DNA of 64,000 nt from Pyrinomonadaceae bacterium. GTDB lineage: Bacteria > Acidobacteriota > Blastocatellia > Pyrinomonadales > Pyrinomonadaceae. Under the pieces are notes generated by a model, which saw only the letters and a list, made by a program, of their open reading frames with translations, was not told where the DNA came from and ran no database searches. A program made the translations under genes and the position numbers. The stretch is taken from positions 924 to 64,923 of the forward strand of contig DASVES010000154.1 of the NCBI GenBank assembly GCA_036380435.1, read 5' to 3'. Every line of letters begins with the position of its first letter. Position 1 is the stretch's first letter. Of this stretch, positions 1-8,801 are shown one piece after another.

Positions 1-1
1 G

Positions 2-496
2 GCGGCCGGCTATCTCGGCGCGGATCACCGGGAATATCTCGCCGGCGTCGAGCGCAAGATGCGCGAGTGGGGGCTGGCGGAAGAGTTTCACTACCGCGGC
101 GTGCTCGACCGCGTGGAGAAGATCGACTTCCTGCGCTCGCTCGACGTGCTCTCCGTGCCGGCCACCTACGACGAGCCGAAGGGCATCTTCCTGCTCGAAG
201 CGATGGCCTGCGGCGTCCCCGTCGTGCAACCGCGCCGCGGCGGCTTCACCGAGATCGTCGAGCGCACCGGCGGCGGCCTGCTCGTCGCACCCGACGACCC
301 GGCGAGCCTCGCCGACGGCCTGCAAAAAATTCACGACGACCCGGCGTTCGCCGCCGACCTCGGCCGCCGGGGGTTGCAAGGCGTCCGCGAGCACTACGCC
401 GTCGAGCGCATGGCGGAGCGCGCGCTCGAAGTCTACGAGAGCCTTGCGGACACGAACGCGCGAAGTGTCGAGACGGTGCAGGCCGGCGCGGCGTAA
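2..496 (+). CDS. Glycosyltransferase, GT4/Glycos_transf_1 family, C-terminal fragment (5' end outside window)
   Basis: Frame open from base 2 to TAA 494-496. Translation contains the conserved GT-B C-terminal block DVLSVPATYDEPKGIFLLEAMACGVPVVQPRRGGFTEIV. Confidence 0.8.
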   Translation, partial: AAGYLGADHREYLAGVERKMREWGLAEEFHYRGVLDRVEKIDFLRSLDVLSVPATYDEPKGIFLLEAMACGVPVVQPRRGGFTEIVERTGGGLLVAPDDPASLADGLQKIHDDPAFAADLGRRGLQGVREHYAVERMAERALEVYESLADTNARSVETVQAGAA

Positions 497-576
497 CAGT
501 ACCGCGAGCGGGTCTACCTACGATGAGAGGCCCGCGTCGCGCGTCCACACCCGCTCGCTACCGCTCGCGGTACTGT
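496..576. repeat. ACAGTACCGCGAGCGG palindromic element, copy 1 (left arm shortened)
   Basis: acagtaccgcgagcgggt ... acccgctcgctaccgctcgcggtactgt. Starts on the last base of the upstream TAA stop. The loop shares ctacgatgag.ggcccgc with copy 7. Confidence 0.9.
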
Positions 577-613
577 TTGTGCCGGCAATCAATCATTATA
601 ACGAGGGCTAGGT

Positions 614-1282
614 TTGCTCGAAGTCTCGAATCTCTACAAAGAATACCCGACGCCGCAGGGGCCGCTCGCGATCCTCTCGGACGTGTCGCTGGCGCTCCGG
701 CGCGGCGACGCGGTCTCGATCATGGGGCCTTCGGGCAGCGGCAAGTCAACGCTGCTCTACATCGTCGGCGCGCTGGAGCGGCCAACCGGCGGGCGCGTCA
801 CGCTCGACGGGCAAGACCCGTTCTCCCTGCGCGAAAAAGAACTGGCCGCCTTCCGCAACGAGCGCGTCGGCTTCGTCTTTCAGGATCACTGTCTGCTGCC
901 GCAGTGTAACGTTATCGAGAACGTGCTCGCGCCGACGCTCGTCTCTAAAAACGGCGACGACGCGGCCGGGCGCGCGCGCGAGCTGTTGGAACAGGTCGGA
1001 CTCAGCGGGCGCACGTCGCACCGCCCCGCAGAGCTTTCGGGCGGCGAGAAGCAGCGCGTCTCGCTCGCCCGCGCGCTCATCCGCCGCCCGTCGCTGCTTC
1101 TGTGCGACGAGCCGACGGGCAACCTCGACGCGCGCGCGGCCGAGTCGGTCGCCTCGCTCCTCTTCGAGCTGCACCGGCGGCAGGAGACCATCCTCATCGT
1201 CGTCACCCACAGCGCGGAGCTGGCCGCGCGCTTCCCCCTGCGCTACGAACTCGTCGGACAGCAGCTCCGCCCCCGCCAATGA
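614..1282 (+). CDS. ABC transporter ATP-binding protein (LolD/MacB type)
   Basis: Walker A GPSGSGKST, signature LSGGEKQRV, Walker B LLLCDEPT. TTG start. The stop overlaps the next start (ATGA at 1279-1282). Confidence 0.92.
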   Translation: MLEVSNLYKEYPTPQGPLAILSDVSLALRRGDAVSIMGPSGSGKSTLLYIVGALERPTGGRVTLDGQDPFSLREKELAAFRNERVGFVFQDHCLLPQCNVIENVLAPTLVSKNGDDAAGRARELLEQVGLSGRTSHRPAELSGGEKQRVSLARALIRRPSLLLCDEPTGNLDARAAESVASLLFELHRRQETILIVVTHSAELAARFPLRYELVGQQLRPRQ

Positions 1283-4200
1283 CCACCGCCACACTCCTCC
1301 GCCGCAACCTCACCTTCTTCTGGCGCACGAACCTCGCGGTCGTCCTGGGCGTGGCCGCCGCCACGGCCGTCCTCGCCGGCGCGCTCCTCGTCGGCGACTC
1401 CGTGCGCGCCTCCCTGCGTAACATTTTCCTCGGCCGTTTGGGCCGCGCCGACCACGTCGTCTCGTCCGCCGGCTTCTTCCGCGAGGCGCTGGCCGAAGAC
1501 TTGAGAGGCGACGCGCGGTTCGCGTCGGGCGGGTTCGACGGAGCCTGCCCGCTCGTCATCCTCGAAGGCGCCGTCACGCACGAGGAGACGGGCCGACGCG
1601 CGGCCGGCGTCGCGGTCTACGGCGTGGACGAACGCTTCTGGGAGTTTCACGGCGTGGACGGCGCCGGTGAGATTGCCCCGCGACGGCGCGACGTGCTCGC
1701 CAGCCCGAGCCTCGCCGGCGAGCTTGAGCTGAAGGCGGGCGACGTGTTGCTGCTGAGAGTGGAGAAGCCCTCGTCGATCCCGGCCGAGTCGCTGCACGGG
1801 CGCAAGGACGACCTCGGCCGCACCATCCGTCTCACGGCGCGCGACACGCTCGACGCCGCGCGCATGGGCGACTTCAGCGCGCGAGCGCAACAGTCAGCCG
1901 TCCGCGCCGTCTTCGTCCCGCTCAGATTGCTGCAACAAGACTTAGAGCAGGACGGCCGCGTCAACTCCCTCCTCGTCTCGACCGCGGGCGGCGACGATGG
2001 CGCGGACGAGCGCGAAGACGCTGCGCGCACCGCGACGCTTGAGGCGATCATCAAAGAGCGCGCTTCGCTCGAAGACCTCGGCATCCGTCTGCGCGCGCTG
2101 CCCGAGCGCGGAAGCATCTCGCTCGAAACCGAGAGCGCCGTCGTCACGGATGCGCTTTACGAGACGGCCCGCGAGGCGGCACGCGCTTCGGGCCTGCGCG
2201 CCGCGCCCGTCCTCTCCTATCTCGCCAACACGATCCGCGTCGGCGCGCGCGAAGTGCCTTACTCGCTCGTGACCGCCATCGATGACGAAACCTTCGAGGG
2301 CTTGCGGCGAACGGCGACGCAGACACAGGGCGACGGAGTGACAGGGCAACAGGGCGACGGGGCGACTGGCGTCGATTCGTCTGCGAGTCAAACGTCATCG
2401 GCTGCCTCGCCGTCGCCGCCCACCGACTCCCAACCCCCAACCCCGATCCTTTTGAACGAGTGGGCCGCGCTCGACCTCGGCGCGCGCACGGGCGACGAAC
2501 TCCAGCTCGAATACTACGTGTGGAAGGAGGACAACCGGCTCGCGGCCGAGAGCGCGCGGTTCCGCGTCGCGGGCGTCGTCCCCATCGCCGGCCTCGCGGC
2601 GGACAGAGACCTCGTCCCCGTCTACCCCGGCATCACCGAGTCGGAGAGCCTTGCCGAGTGGGACCCGCCGTTCCCCGTCGAGCTAAAGCGTGTGCGCCGG
2701 CAGGACGAGGACTACTGGAAGCAGCATCGCACGACGCCGAAAGCGTTCGTCCCGCTCGAAGCCGGGCAAAGACTCTGGCAGACGCGCTTCGGCCGCCTCA
2801 CCTCCGTCCGCATCGACACGCCGGGCGCAGCGGCGACAACCGTTGACGCGCCGGGCGGCGCACAGTTTCAGGCGTCGTTCAATGCGTACCGCGACGAGTT
2901 GAAAAAGTTGATCGACCCGGCGCGCGTGGGACTCGGGGCCTACGGCGCGCGCGCGCAGGGGCTGGCGGCGTCGCGCGGGGCGACGAACTTCGGCGAGTAC
3001 TTCCTCTACTTCAGCTTTTTCATCGTCGTCTCGGCGCTGATGCTCACCGCGCTCTTCTTCAAGCTCGGCGTCGAGCAGCGTCTGCGCGAGATCGGCGTGC
3101 TGCGCGCCGTGGGCTTTCCGCCCGCGCGCGTCCGCAACATCTTTCTCGCCGAAGGGTTCGTGCTCGCGCTCCTGGGCAGCCTGCTCGGACTCGCCGGAGC
3201 CGTCCTCTACGGAAACCTGATGGTGCATGGCCTGCGCACGTGGTGGGTTGACGCCGTCGGCACGACGAGTATCGCCTTGCGCGTCTCGCCGTGGTCGCTC
3301 GCGGCGGGCGCGGCCGGCGCCGTCGTCGCCGCGCTCCTGTGCGTCGTCTGGACGTTGCGCCGGCTCGTGCCCGCGTCGCCGCGCAGCCTGCTCGCCGGTA
3401 AGCCGGAAGGGGGAAGGAGTAAAGGGGAAGGGGTAAAGGCCGGCGGCGCGGCGCGGCGCAAACTTTTGCCCTTTACCCTTTACCCTTTACCCCTTGCCCT
3501 CCTGCTCGCGGCCGTCGGCGTCGCCCTGCTTGTCGCGGCGTGGCTGAAGGCAGTGGGACAGGTGGCGGGGTTCTTCGGCGGTGGGACGCTTCTGCTCGTG
3601 GCGCTGCTGCTGGCGCAGGCCGGCTGGCTGAGAGGCGGACGCAGGAGAGGCGCGTCGATTCAGGGGCATGGCTTCTGGCCGGTGTCGCGTCTGGGTTTTC
3701 GCGGCGCGACGTATCGGCCGGCGCGAAGCGTCTTGTGCATCGCGCTCATCGCGTCGGCCGCCTTCATCGTCGTCGCCGTCGATGCCTTCCGGCGCGACGA
3801 CCGCGCGGCCTCGACGGAGCGCAAGTCGGGAAGCGGCGGCTACGCGCTCCTCGGCACGGCGCTGCTGCCAGTCATCCCCGACCCGAACACCGCCGAAGGG
3901 CGCGACGCGCTGGGCCTCGCGGCCGACGATGAGACGCGCGCGGCGCTCGCCGGCGTCGAGGCGGCGCGCTTCCGCCTGCGCCCCGGCGACGACGCGAGTT
4001 GTCTGAATCTCTACCAGCCGCGCAACCCGCGCATCCTCGCGCCGTCGGCCGATTTCGTCGCCAGCGGCCGCTTCGACTTTCAGGACTCGCTGGCCGAGTC
4101 CGCGGAAGAGAAGTCGAACCCGTGGCTGCTGCTGGGCCGCGACACGTCGGACGCTACGGTGCCCGTCATCGCCGACGCCAACTCGCTCAACTACGTCCTC

Positions 4201-4872
4201 CACCTCGGCCTCGGCGACGTGTTCGAGCTTGCCGGGGCGGGCGGCGAGCCTGTCCGTCTGCGCGTCGTCGGCGCGCTCGCCGACAGCGTCTTTCAGGGCG
4301 AGATGCTGATGTCGGAGTCAAACTTCCGACGCCTCTTCCCCGAACAGGAGGGCTACAGATTCTTCCTGCTCGACGTGCCGCCCGAGCGCGCCGCCCGCGT
4401 GGCCGGCATACTCGAAGAACGACTCGCCGATTACGGCTTCGACGCGGAGGCCACGGCCGAGCGCCTCGCGAGCTTTCATCGCGTCGAGAACACATTCCTC
4501 TCGACCTTCCAGATGCTCGGCGGCCTGGGTCTCGTGCTCGGCACTTTGGGCCTCGCGGCCGTGCTCCTGCGCAACGTCCTCGAACGCCGGAGGGAACTGG
4601 CGCTGCTGCGCGCCGTCGGCTACAACCGCTCACACTTCGCGCTGATGGCGCTGGCCGAGAACGCGCTGCTCCTGTTCTGCGGCCTGCTAACGGGCACGCT
4701 CTGCGCGCTCCTCGCCGTCGCGCCCGTCTCGCTCGCGCGCGGCGGACGGCTCCCGCTCGCCTCGGTCGGCCTGCTCCTCGCGGCCGTCGTCGCCGCCGGC
4801 CTGCTGTCGTCGCTCCTCGCCACCGTCGTCGCCCTGCGCTCGCCGCTCATCCCGACATTGCGCGCGGAGTAG
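1279..4872 (+). CDS. Very large FtsX-family ABC transporter permease with two permease modules
   Basis: ATG 1279 overlaps the ATPase stop. N-terminal LRRNLTFFWRTNLAVVLGVAAATAVLAGALLVGDS. Two FtsX-like blocks (…REIGVLRAVGFPPARVRNIFLAEG… and …RELALLRAVGYNRSHFALMALAEN…). The track start at 1102 is an Arg-rich shadow extension inside the ATPase gene. Confidence 0.85.
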   Translation: MTTATLLRRNLTFFWRTNLAVVLGVAAATAVLAGALLVGDSVRASLRNIFLGRLGRADHVVSSAGFFREALAEDLRGDARFASGGFDGACPLVILEGAVTHEETGRRAAGVAVYGVDERFWEFHGVDGAGEIAPRRRDVLASPSLAGELELKAGDVLLLRVEKPSSIPAESLHGRKDDLGRTIRLTARDTLDAARMGDFSARAQQSAVRAVFVPLRLLQQDLEQDGRVNSLLVSTAGGDDGADEREDAARTATLEAIIKERASLEDLGIRLRALPERGSISLETESAVVTDALYETAREAARASGLRAAPVLSYLANTIRVGAREVPYSLVTAIDDETFEGLRRTATQTQGDGVTGQQGDGATGVDSSASQTSSAASPSPPTDSQPPTPILLNEWAALDLGARTGDELQLEYYVWKEDNRLAAESARFRVAGVVPIAGLAADRDLVPVYPGITESESLAEWDPPFPVELKRVRRQDEDYWKQHRTTPKAFVPLEAGQRLWQTRFGRLTSVRIDTPGAAATTVDAPGGAQFQASFNAYRDELKKLIDPARVGLGAYGARAQGLAASRGATNFGEYFLYFSFFIVVSALMLTALFFKLGVEQRLREIGVLRAVGFPPARVRNIFLAEGFVLALLGSLLGLAGAVLYGNLMVHGLRTWWVDAVGTTSIALRVSPWSLAAGAAGAVVAALLCVVWTLRRLVPASPRSLLAGKPEGGRSKGEGVKAGGAARRKLLPFTLYPLPLALLLAAVGVALLVAAWLKAVGQVAGFFGGGTLLLVALLLAQAGWLRGGRRRGASIQGHGFWPVSRLGFRGATYRPARSVLCIALIASAAFIVVAVDAFRRDDRAASTERKSGSGGYALLGTALLPVIPDPNTAEGRDALGLAADDETRAALAGVEAARFRLRPGDDASCLNLYQPRNPRILAPSADFVASGRFDFQDSLAESAEEKSNPWLLLGRDTSDATVPVIADANSLNYVLHLGLGDVFELAGAGGEPVRLRVVGALADSVFQGEMLMSESNFRRLFPEQEGYRFFLLDVPPERAARVAGILEERLADYGFDAEATAERLASFHRVENTFLSTFQMLGGLGLVLGTLGLAAVLLRNVLERRRELALLRAVGYNRSHFALMALAENALLLFCGLLTGTLCALLAVAPVSLARGGRLPLASVGLLLAAVVAAGLLSSLLATVVALRSPLIPTLRAE
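3406..3502. repeat. Heptamer-arm hairpin (GTAAAGG / CCTTTAC) lying in frame inside the permease CDS
   Basis: Left arm ggaagggggaaggagtaaaggggaaggggtaaaggc, right arm gccctttaccctttaccctttaccccttgccctcc, GC-rich loop. Encodes GKPEGGRSKGEGVKAGGAARRKLLPFTLYPLPLALLL without breaking the ORF. Confidence 0.85.
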
Positions 4873-4873
4873 T

Positions 4874-4983
4874 AATTAACATGGATGGACAGGATGAATA
4901 GGATGAGAAATTTGAGATTTGAAATCTTCAATCTCAAATCTGCTTTGTCTTCATCCTAGCCATCCTGTCCATCCATGTTAATT
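4874..4983. repeat. Nested palindrome immediately after the permease stop
   Basis: aattaacatggatggacaggatgaataggatga ... tcatcctagccatcctgtccatccatgttaatt, with inner hairpin atttgagatt/aatctcaaat. Preceded by TAGTAATTAA. Confidence 0.9.
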
Positions 4984-4999
4984 CTCCTGCTGCCGTATT

Positions 5000-5043
5000 T
5001 TTTACAGACTTTTTACACCCGCCGAGCCGGGGCGTAATATGAT
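5000..5043 (+). promoter_or_regulatory. Bipartite TTTTACAGACTTTTTACA motif plus A/T-rich hexamers (candidate promoter of the 5118 gene)
   Basis: TTTACA 5012-5017, TAATAT at 17-nt spacing and TATGAT at 20-nt spacing. The same 18-nt motif recurs at 12240, 12271, 30390 and 41584 (minus strand). Confidence 0.5.
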
Positions 5044-5117
5044 TGCAGCCCGGCCGCTAAACGAAGGTCACACGCGACGCGTGAAGGCTTTCCGCGCCCT
5101 CGAAGGAGATTCGGAAG

Positions 5118-6377
5118 ATGTGTAAATCCCCCGTCAGAATGTTTCGCTTGGCCGCGCTCGCGCTCGCGCTGTCATCTTTGTCCGCCACGGGCGCACTCGC
5201 GCAGGGCGACTGGACGCAGTGGGGCGGCCCGTCGCGCAACTTCATCGCGAAGTCGAAGGGGCTGGCCTCCGCGTGGCCCGAGAAGGGGCCGAAGCAGCTC
5301 TGGACGCGAGCGCTCGGCGAGGGCTACGCGGCCATCGTCGCCGACGGCCCCGTGCTCTACACGATGTACAGTCAGGGCACGCAGGAGGTGGCCGTCGCGC
5401 TCGACGCCGCCACGGGCAAAACGCTTTGGGAGCACAAGTACGACGCCGCCGCCGCGGGGATGAACTACGAATTCGGCGCCGGGCCGCACTCCACCCCGCT
5501 CGTCGCGGGCGAGCGCGTCTTCACCGTCGGCTCGACGGGCAAGTTCCACGCGCTCGACAAGAAGACGGGCAAGGTCGTCTGGTCGAAAGACCTCTGGAAA
5601 GATTTGGGCGGCGCGCGCATGGATCGCGGCTACTCGTGCAGTCCCGTGGCTTACAAGAACCTCGTCATCGTCACCCTCGGCGGCCCCGGACAGTCGCTCG
5701 TCGCGCTCGACCAGAAGGACGGCCGCGTGGTCTGGAAGAAACAAGACCTCCCCGTGTCGCCCTCCTCTCACCTCGTCGTCAACGTGGACGGTCAGGACCA
5801 ACTGATCGCCTTCATGGGCGGCGCCGTCGCCGGGCTTGACCCCGCGACGGGCGAGCTGCTGTGGTCGCAGCCGCACGCGACCGACTTCGGCCTCAACATC
5901 ACGTCGCCCGTGTGGGGCGACGACAACCTGCTCTACGTCTCGTCGGCCTACGGCGGCGGGAGCCGCGTCATCAAGCTCACGCGCGACAAGGCGACGGGCA
6001 AGACCGCGGCGAGCGAAGTCTGGTTCCACCGGCGCATGCGCGTCCACCAGACGACGGCCGTGCGCGTCGGCGACATCGTCTACGGTTCGAGCGGCGACTT
6101 CGGCCCCTCGCCGCTCGTCGCCGTGGACGTGAAGACGGGGCAGGTGCTCTGGCAGGATCGCAGCTTCGCCAAGGCCAACATGGTCTACGCCGACGGCAAG
6201 TTCATCCTCCTCGACGAGGACGGCCAACTCGGCCTCGCCACCGCCTCGGCCGCGGGCCTCAAGGTGATCTCGAAGGTGTCGCTCCTGCAAGACCGCGCCT
6301 GGACGGTGCCGACGCTCGTCGGCACACGCCTCTACGTCCGCGACCGCAAGAACATCATGGCTCTGGATTTGAGCTGA
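5118..6377 (+). CDS. Secreted BamB/PQQ-like beta-propeller repeat protein
   Basis: AAGGAG 9 nt upstream. Signal peptide MFRLAALALALSSLSATGALAQ followed by the family entry motif DWTQWGGPSRNF. Repeated blade motifs (VVADGxVY, ALDxxTGKxLW). Confidence 0.9.
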   Translation: MCKSPVRMFRLAALALALSSLSATGALAQGDWTQWGGPSRNFIAKSKGLASAWPEKGPKQLWTRALGEGYAAIVADGPVLYTMYSQGTQEVAVALDAATGKTLWEHKYDAAAAGMNYEFGAGPHSTPLVAGERVFTVGSTGKFHALDKKTGKVVWSKDLWKDLGGARMDRGYSCSPVAYKNLVIVTLGGPGQSLVALDQKDGRVVWKKQDLPVSPSSHLVVNVDGQDQLIAFMGGAVAGLDPATGELLWSQPHATDFGLNITSPVWGDDNLLYVSSAYGGGSRVIKLTRDKATGKTAASEVWFHRRMRVHQTTAVRVGDIVYGSSGDFGPSPLVAVDVKTGQVLWQDRSFAKANMVYADGKFILLDEDGQLGLATASAAGLKVISKVSLLQDRAWTVPTLVGTRLYVRDRKNIMALDLS

Positions 6378-6454
6378 CGCCGGGCCGCGAACGCGCAGGG
6401 AAGTTAGTGACGGGCCGCGGAGACGTTGAAGCAAGCGACGACGAGCCGCGGAGC

Positions 6455-6640
6455 GGCGGCAGAATGTAGCCCCGGTCGTGAGACCGGGGTGGCAGCAGGA
6501 TGAAAAGATTTTAGCCCCGGAGGGGCGAAAGAACATTAACCTTGACGGTGGCCGATGTTGATGTTCTTTCGCCCCTCCGGGGCTTTCGTCTCTTTCGCAC
6601 CTGTTCCCACGGCTCGCGCCGTGGGCTACATTCTGCCGCC
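6455..6640. repeat. Multi-hairpin (cloverleaf-like) palindromic element, copy 1
   Basis: Outer stem ggcggcagaatgtagcc / ggctacattctgccgcc. Small hairpins ccccggtc-gtga-gaccgggg and cccacggc-tcgc-gccgtggg. Central stem agccccggaggggcgaaagaa / ttctttcgcccctccggggct. Confidence 0.9.
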
Positions 6641-6711
6641 GCCTTCGGCGGCTGGCATCGCGTTCCTCCCACGCGGTGCGTAACGCTTCTGTCGTCATCG
6701 TCGTTGGAAAC

Positions 6712-6742
6712 TTGAATCGCGCCGCCCGATGTGGAATAAAAT
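6712..6742 (+). promoter_or_regulatory. Candidate sigma70-type promoter for the 6771 gene
   Basis: TTGAAT 6712-6717, 17-nt spacer, AATAAA/TAAAAT at 6735-6742. This implies a transcription start after the ATG at 6729. Confidence 0.35.
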
Positions 6743-6770
6743 GGCGACAACCCTGAAAGGAGAATCACAC

Positions 6771-8054
6771 GTGAGTTCACGTCTCGCCCTCGCCTTCGCC
6801 GCCGCCTTGTCTTTCGCCGCCGCCCTCGCCTTCGCTGCGCCGGTCTTCGCCGACAACTGGCCGCAGTGGCGCGGCCCGGCGCTCAACGGCACGAGCGTCG
6901 AGCGGAACCTGCCTGTCAAGTGGGGGCCGGAGGAGAACGTCTCGTGGAAACTCCCGATGCCGGACGGCAGCGGCTCGACGCCGATTGTCTGGGACGAGCG
7001 TGTCTTCCTCAACGTCGCCGAGGGCGACGCGCTCGCGCTATGGTGCGTTGATAGATCGAAGGGCAGCGTCCTTTGGAAGCGCCCGCTCGGCGGCGGCAAC
7101 GAGCGGATGCGTAAGCACAACATGTCTTCGCCGTCGCCCGTGACCGACGGCCGCAGCGTCTACGTGATGACCGGCACGGGCCTCCTCAAAGCATTCGACT
7201 TCGCGGGCAAGGAACTCTGGTCGCGCGACATCCAGAAGGACTACGGACAGTTCGGACTCCAGTGGGGCTACGCCTCGTCGCCGCTCCTCCACGACGACGC
7301 GCTCTTCGTGCAGGTGCTCCACGGCATGAAGACCGACGAGCCGTCTTATGTCTTGCGCGTCGATAAGAAGACGGGTAAGACCCTGTGGCGCGTCGAGCGC
7401 CCGACGGCGGCCGTGCGCGAGTCGCCTGACGCGTACACGACGCCCGCGCTTCTGCGCCACGGTAAGACGTTTGAGATCGTCGTCACCGGCGGCGACGTGG
7501 TGACGGGCCACGACCCGGCGACGGGCAGGGAACTGTGGCGCGCCGGCGGTCTTAACCCCGACAACAACCCTTTCTACCGCATCGTCGCCTCGCCCATCGC
7601 CTTCGACGGAATCATCTACGCCCCGACGCGCGTCCGCCCCCTGCTCGCCATCCGCGCGGGCGGGCGCGGCGACGTGTCGAAGTCGCACCTGCTATGGTCA
7701 ACGGAGAACGGGCCGGACGTGCCGACGCCTGTCACCGACGGCAAATATTTCTACGTCGTTAACGACCGCGGCATCGTCTGGTGCCTCGACGCGAAGACCG
7801 GCAAGGAGGTCTACGGCGCGCAGCGCATCAAGTCGGGAACCTACAGCGCGTCGCCGGTGTTGGCCGACGGCAAAATCTACGCGACGAGCGAGGACGGCGT
7901 GACGACCGTCGTCAGGGCCGGGCCGCAGTTCGAGGTGCTGGCCGAGAACGACCTCAAGGAGCACACGCTCAGCTCGCCGGCCGTCTCCGACGGACAGCTC
8001 TTCCTGCGTACCTCGCAGAACCTCTACTGCATCGGCAAGCGGCAGAAGCAGTGA
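6771..8054 (+). CDS. Secreted BamB/PQQ-like beta-propeller repeat protein
   Basis: GTG 6771 with AAGGAG 7 nt upstream gives signal peptide [27 protein letters not shown], then [12 protein letters not shown]. The stop TGA 8052-8054 lies inside the AGCAGTG repeat arm. The track start at 6729 is less likely. Confidence 0.88.
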   Translation: MSSRLALAFAAALSFAAALAFAAPVFADNWPQWRGPALNGTSVERNLPVKWGPEENVSWKLPMPDGSGSTPIVWDERVFLNVAEGDALALWCVDRSKGSVLWKRPLGGGNERMRKHNMSSPSPVTDGRSVYVMTGTGLLKAFDFAGKELWSRDIQKDYGQFGLQWGYASSPLLHDDALFVQVLHGMKTDEPSYVLRVDKKTGKTLWRVERPTAAVRESPDAYTTPALLRHGKTFEIVVTGGDVVTGHDPATGRELWRAGGLNPDNNPFYRIVASPIAFDGIIYAPTRVRPLLAIRAGGRGDVSKSHLLWSTENGPDVPTPVTDGKYFYVVNDRGIVWCLDAKTGKEVYGAQRIKSGTYSASPVLADGKIYATSEDGVTTVVRAGPQFEVLAENDLKEHTLSSPAVSDGQLFLRTSQNLYCIGKRQKQ

Positions 8055-8330
8055 GCAGTGAGCAGTAATGAGCGCCGGAGGCGCGGAAGAAAGTAGCCAC
8101 GGGCGACCGTCCCGTGGAATAGCCGTAAATAAAAATTGAAAGCCCCGGAGGGGCGAAAGAATCTGAAGCCTGCCTGAAACGTGGCTTGAGGTTCTTTCGC
8201 CCCTCCGGGGCTTTGATCCTTTAATCGAACTCGTACCCACGGCTCACGCCGTGGGCTACATTCTTTCGCGCCTCCGGCGCTCGTTGACGCCCGTAGCTTA
8301 CCGCGCACCGCTCACTGCTTACTGCTCACT
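8047..8330. repeat. Multi-hairpin palindromic element, copy 2, enclosed by AGCAGTG heptamer arms
   Basis: Outer arms agcagtgagcagtgagcagtaatgagcg / cgctcactgcttactgctcact. Next layer gagcgccggaggcgcggaagaaagtagcc / ggctacattctttcgcgcctccggcgctc. The central stem has the same agccccggaggggcgaaagaa sequence as copies 1 and 3. Confidence 0.9.
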
Positions 8331-8332
8331 CT

Positions 8333-8782
8333 TCAAGACTGCGGCTTGAAGTAGAGGGCCATGCCGGCGCCGAGGGCGGCGAGGAGGAAGCCGACGTAGA
8401 CGAGCGGGTTGGGCGCTTGCTTCGGCGGGTGGAGGATCATCGAGACGATGACGTTGACGACGGGCGCGCCGGCGAAGACGAGCGGCATCACGTAGGTCGG
8501 CAGTCCGCCGTTGCGGAAGGCGTAGATGATGCAGACCGCGCCGACGGCGCCGAGGGCCCCGCCGGCCGTCGCCGCCGCCGACCCCTTCAGGTTGAAGCCG
8601 CCGAGCTGCCCCTGCGACCACAGGCTGATGACGGGCACGAGCACCCCGACCAGAAAGTACGCCACGCCCACACACAGCAGCGCCCGCATCGGGTTCTTCA
8701 ACTCCACCTGCCCCTGATGCAGTATCGGCCCGTACAAACCCCACGACAGCGCCGCGCCGAGCGCGAAGATTACCCAGAGCAT
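8333..8782 (-). CDS. Small integral membrane protein, EamA/DMT-like half-transporter
   Basis: 149 aa with about four hydrophobic helices (MLWVIFALGAALSWGLYGPIL…, C-terminal VYVGFLLAALGAGMALYF). High GC3 frame. The family call is tentative. Confidence 0.6.
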   Translation of the reverse strand: MLWVIFALGAALSWGLYGPILHQGQVELKNPMRALLCVGVAYFLVGVLVPVISLWSQGQLGGFNLKGSAAATAGGALGAVGAVCIIYAFRNGGLPTYVMPLVFAGAPVVNVIVSMILHPPKQAPNPLVYVGFLLAALGAGMALYFKPQS

Positions 8783-8801
8783 AGAAGACCTCTCGGAAGA
8801 A

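Noticed and set aside
1102-1278. N-terminal extensions in the ORF track: 1102 for the permease, 46321 for the ATP-grasp, 16121 for the dioxygenase, 59991 for ssb, 56669-59599 for the ADOP permease, 29241-30236 for the ankyrin gene, 36785 and 38886.
   Set aside because: The extensions are Arg/Pro-rich, overlap the upstream gene or run through repeat elements. Internal starts with an RBS, a signal peptide or a canonical family N-terminus fit better.
8024-8308. ORFs running through the palindromic elements (for example 8024-8308, 7698-8240, 6511-6780, 38153-38449, 22276-22479, 25929-26339) that share peptides such as SPLRGF, PRRGERT, PLATARGTV, SGSERV and GVRSQESG.
   Set aside because: The shared peptides are just translations of repeated DNA in different frames and strands. 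They have no RBS and no consistent ORF boundaries.
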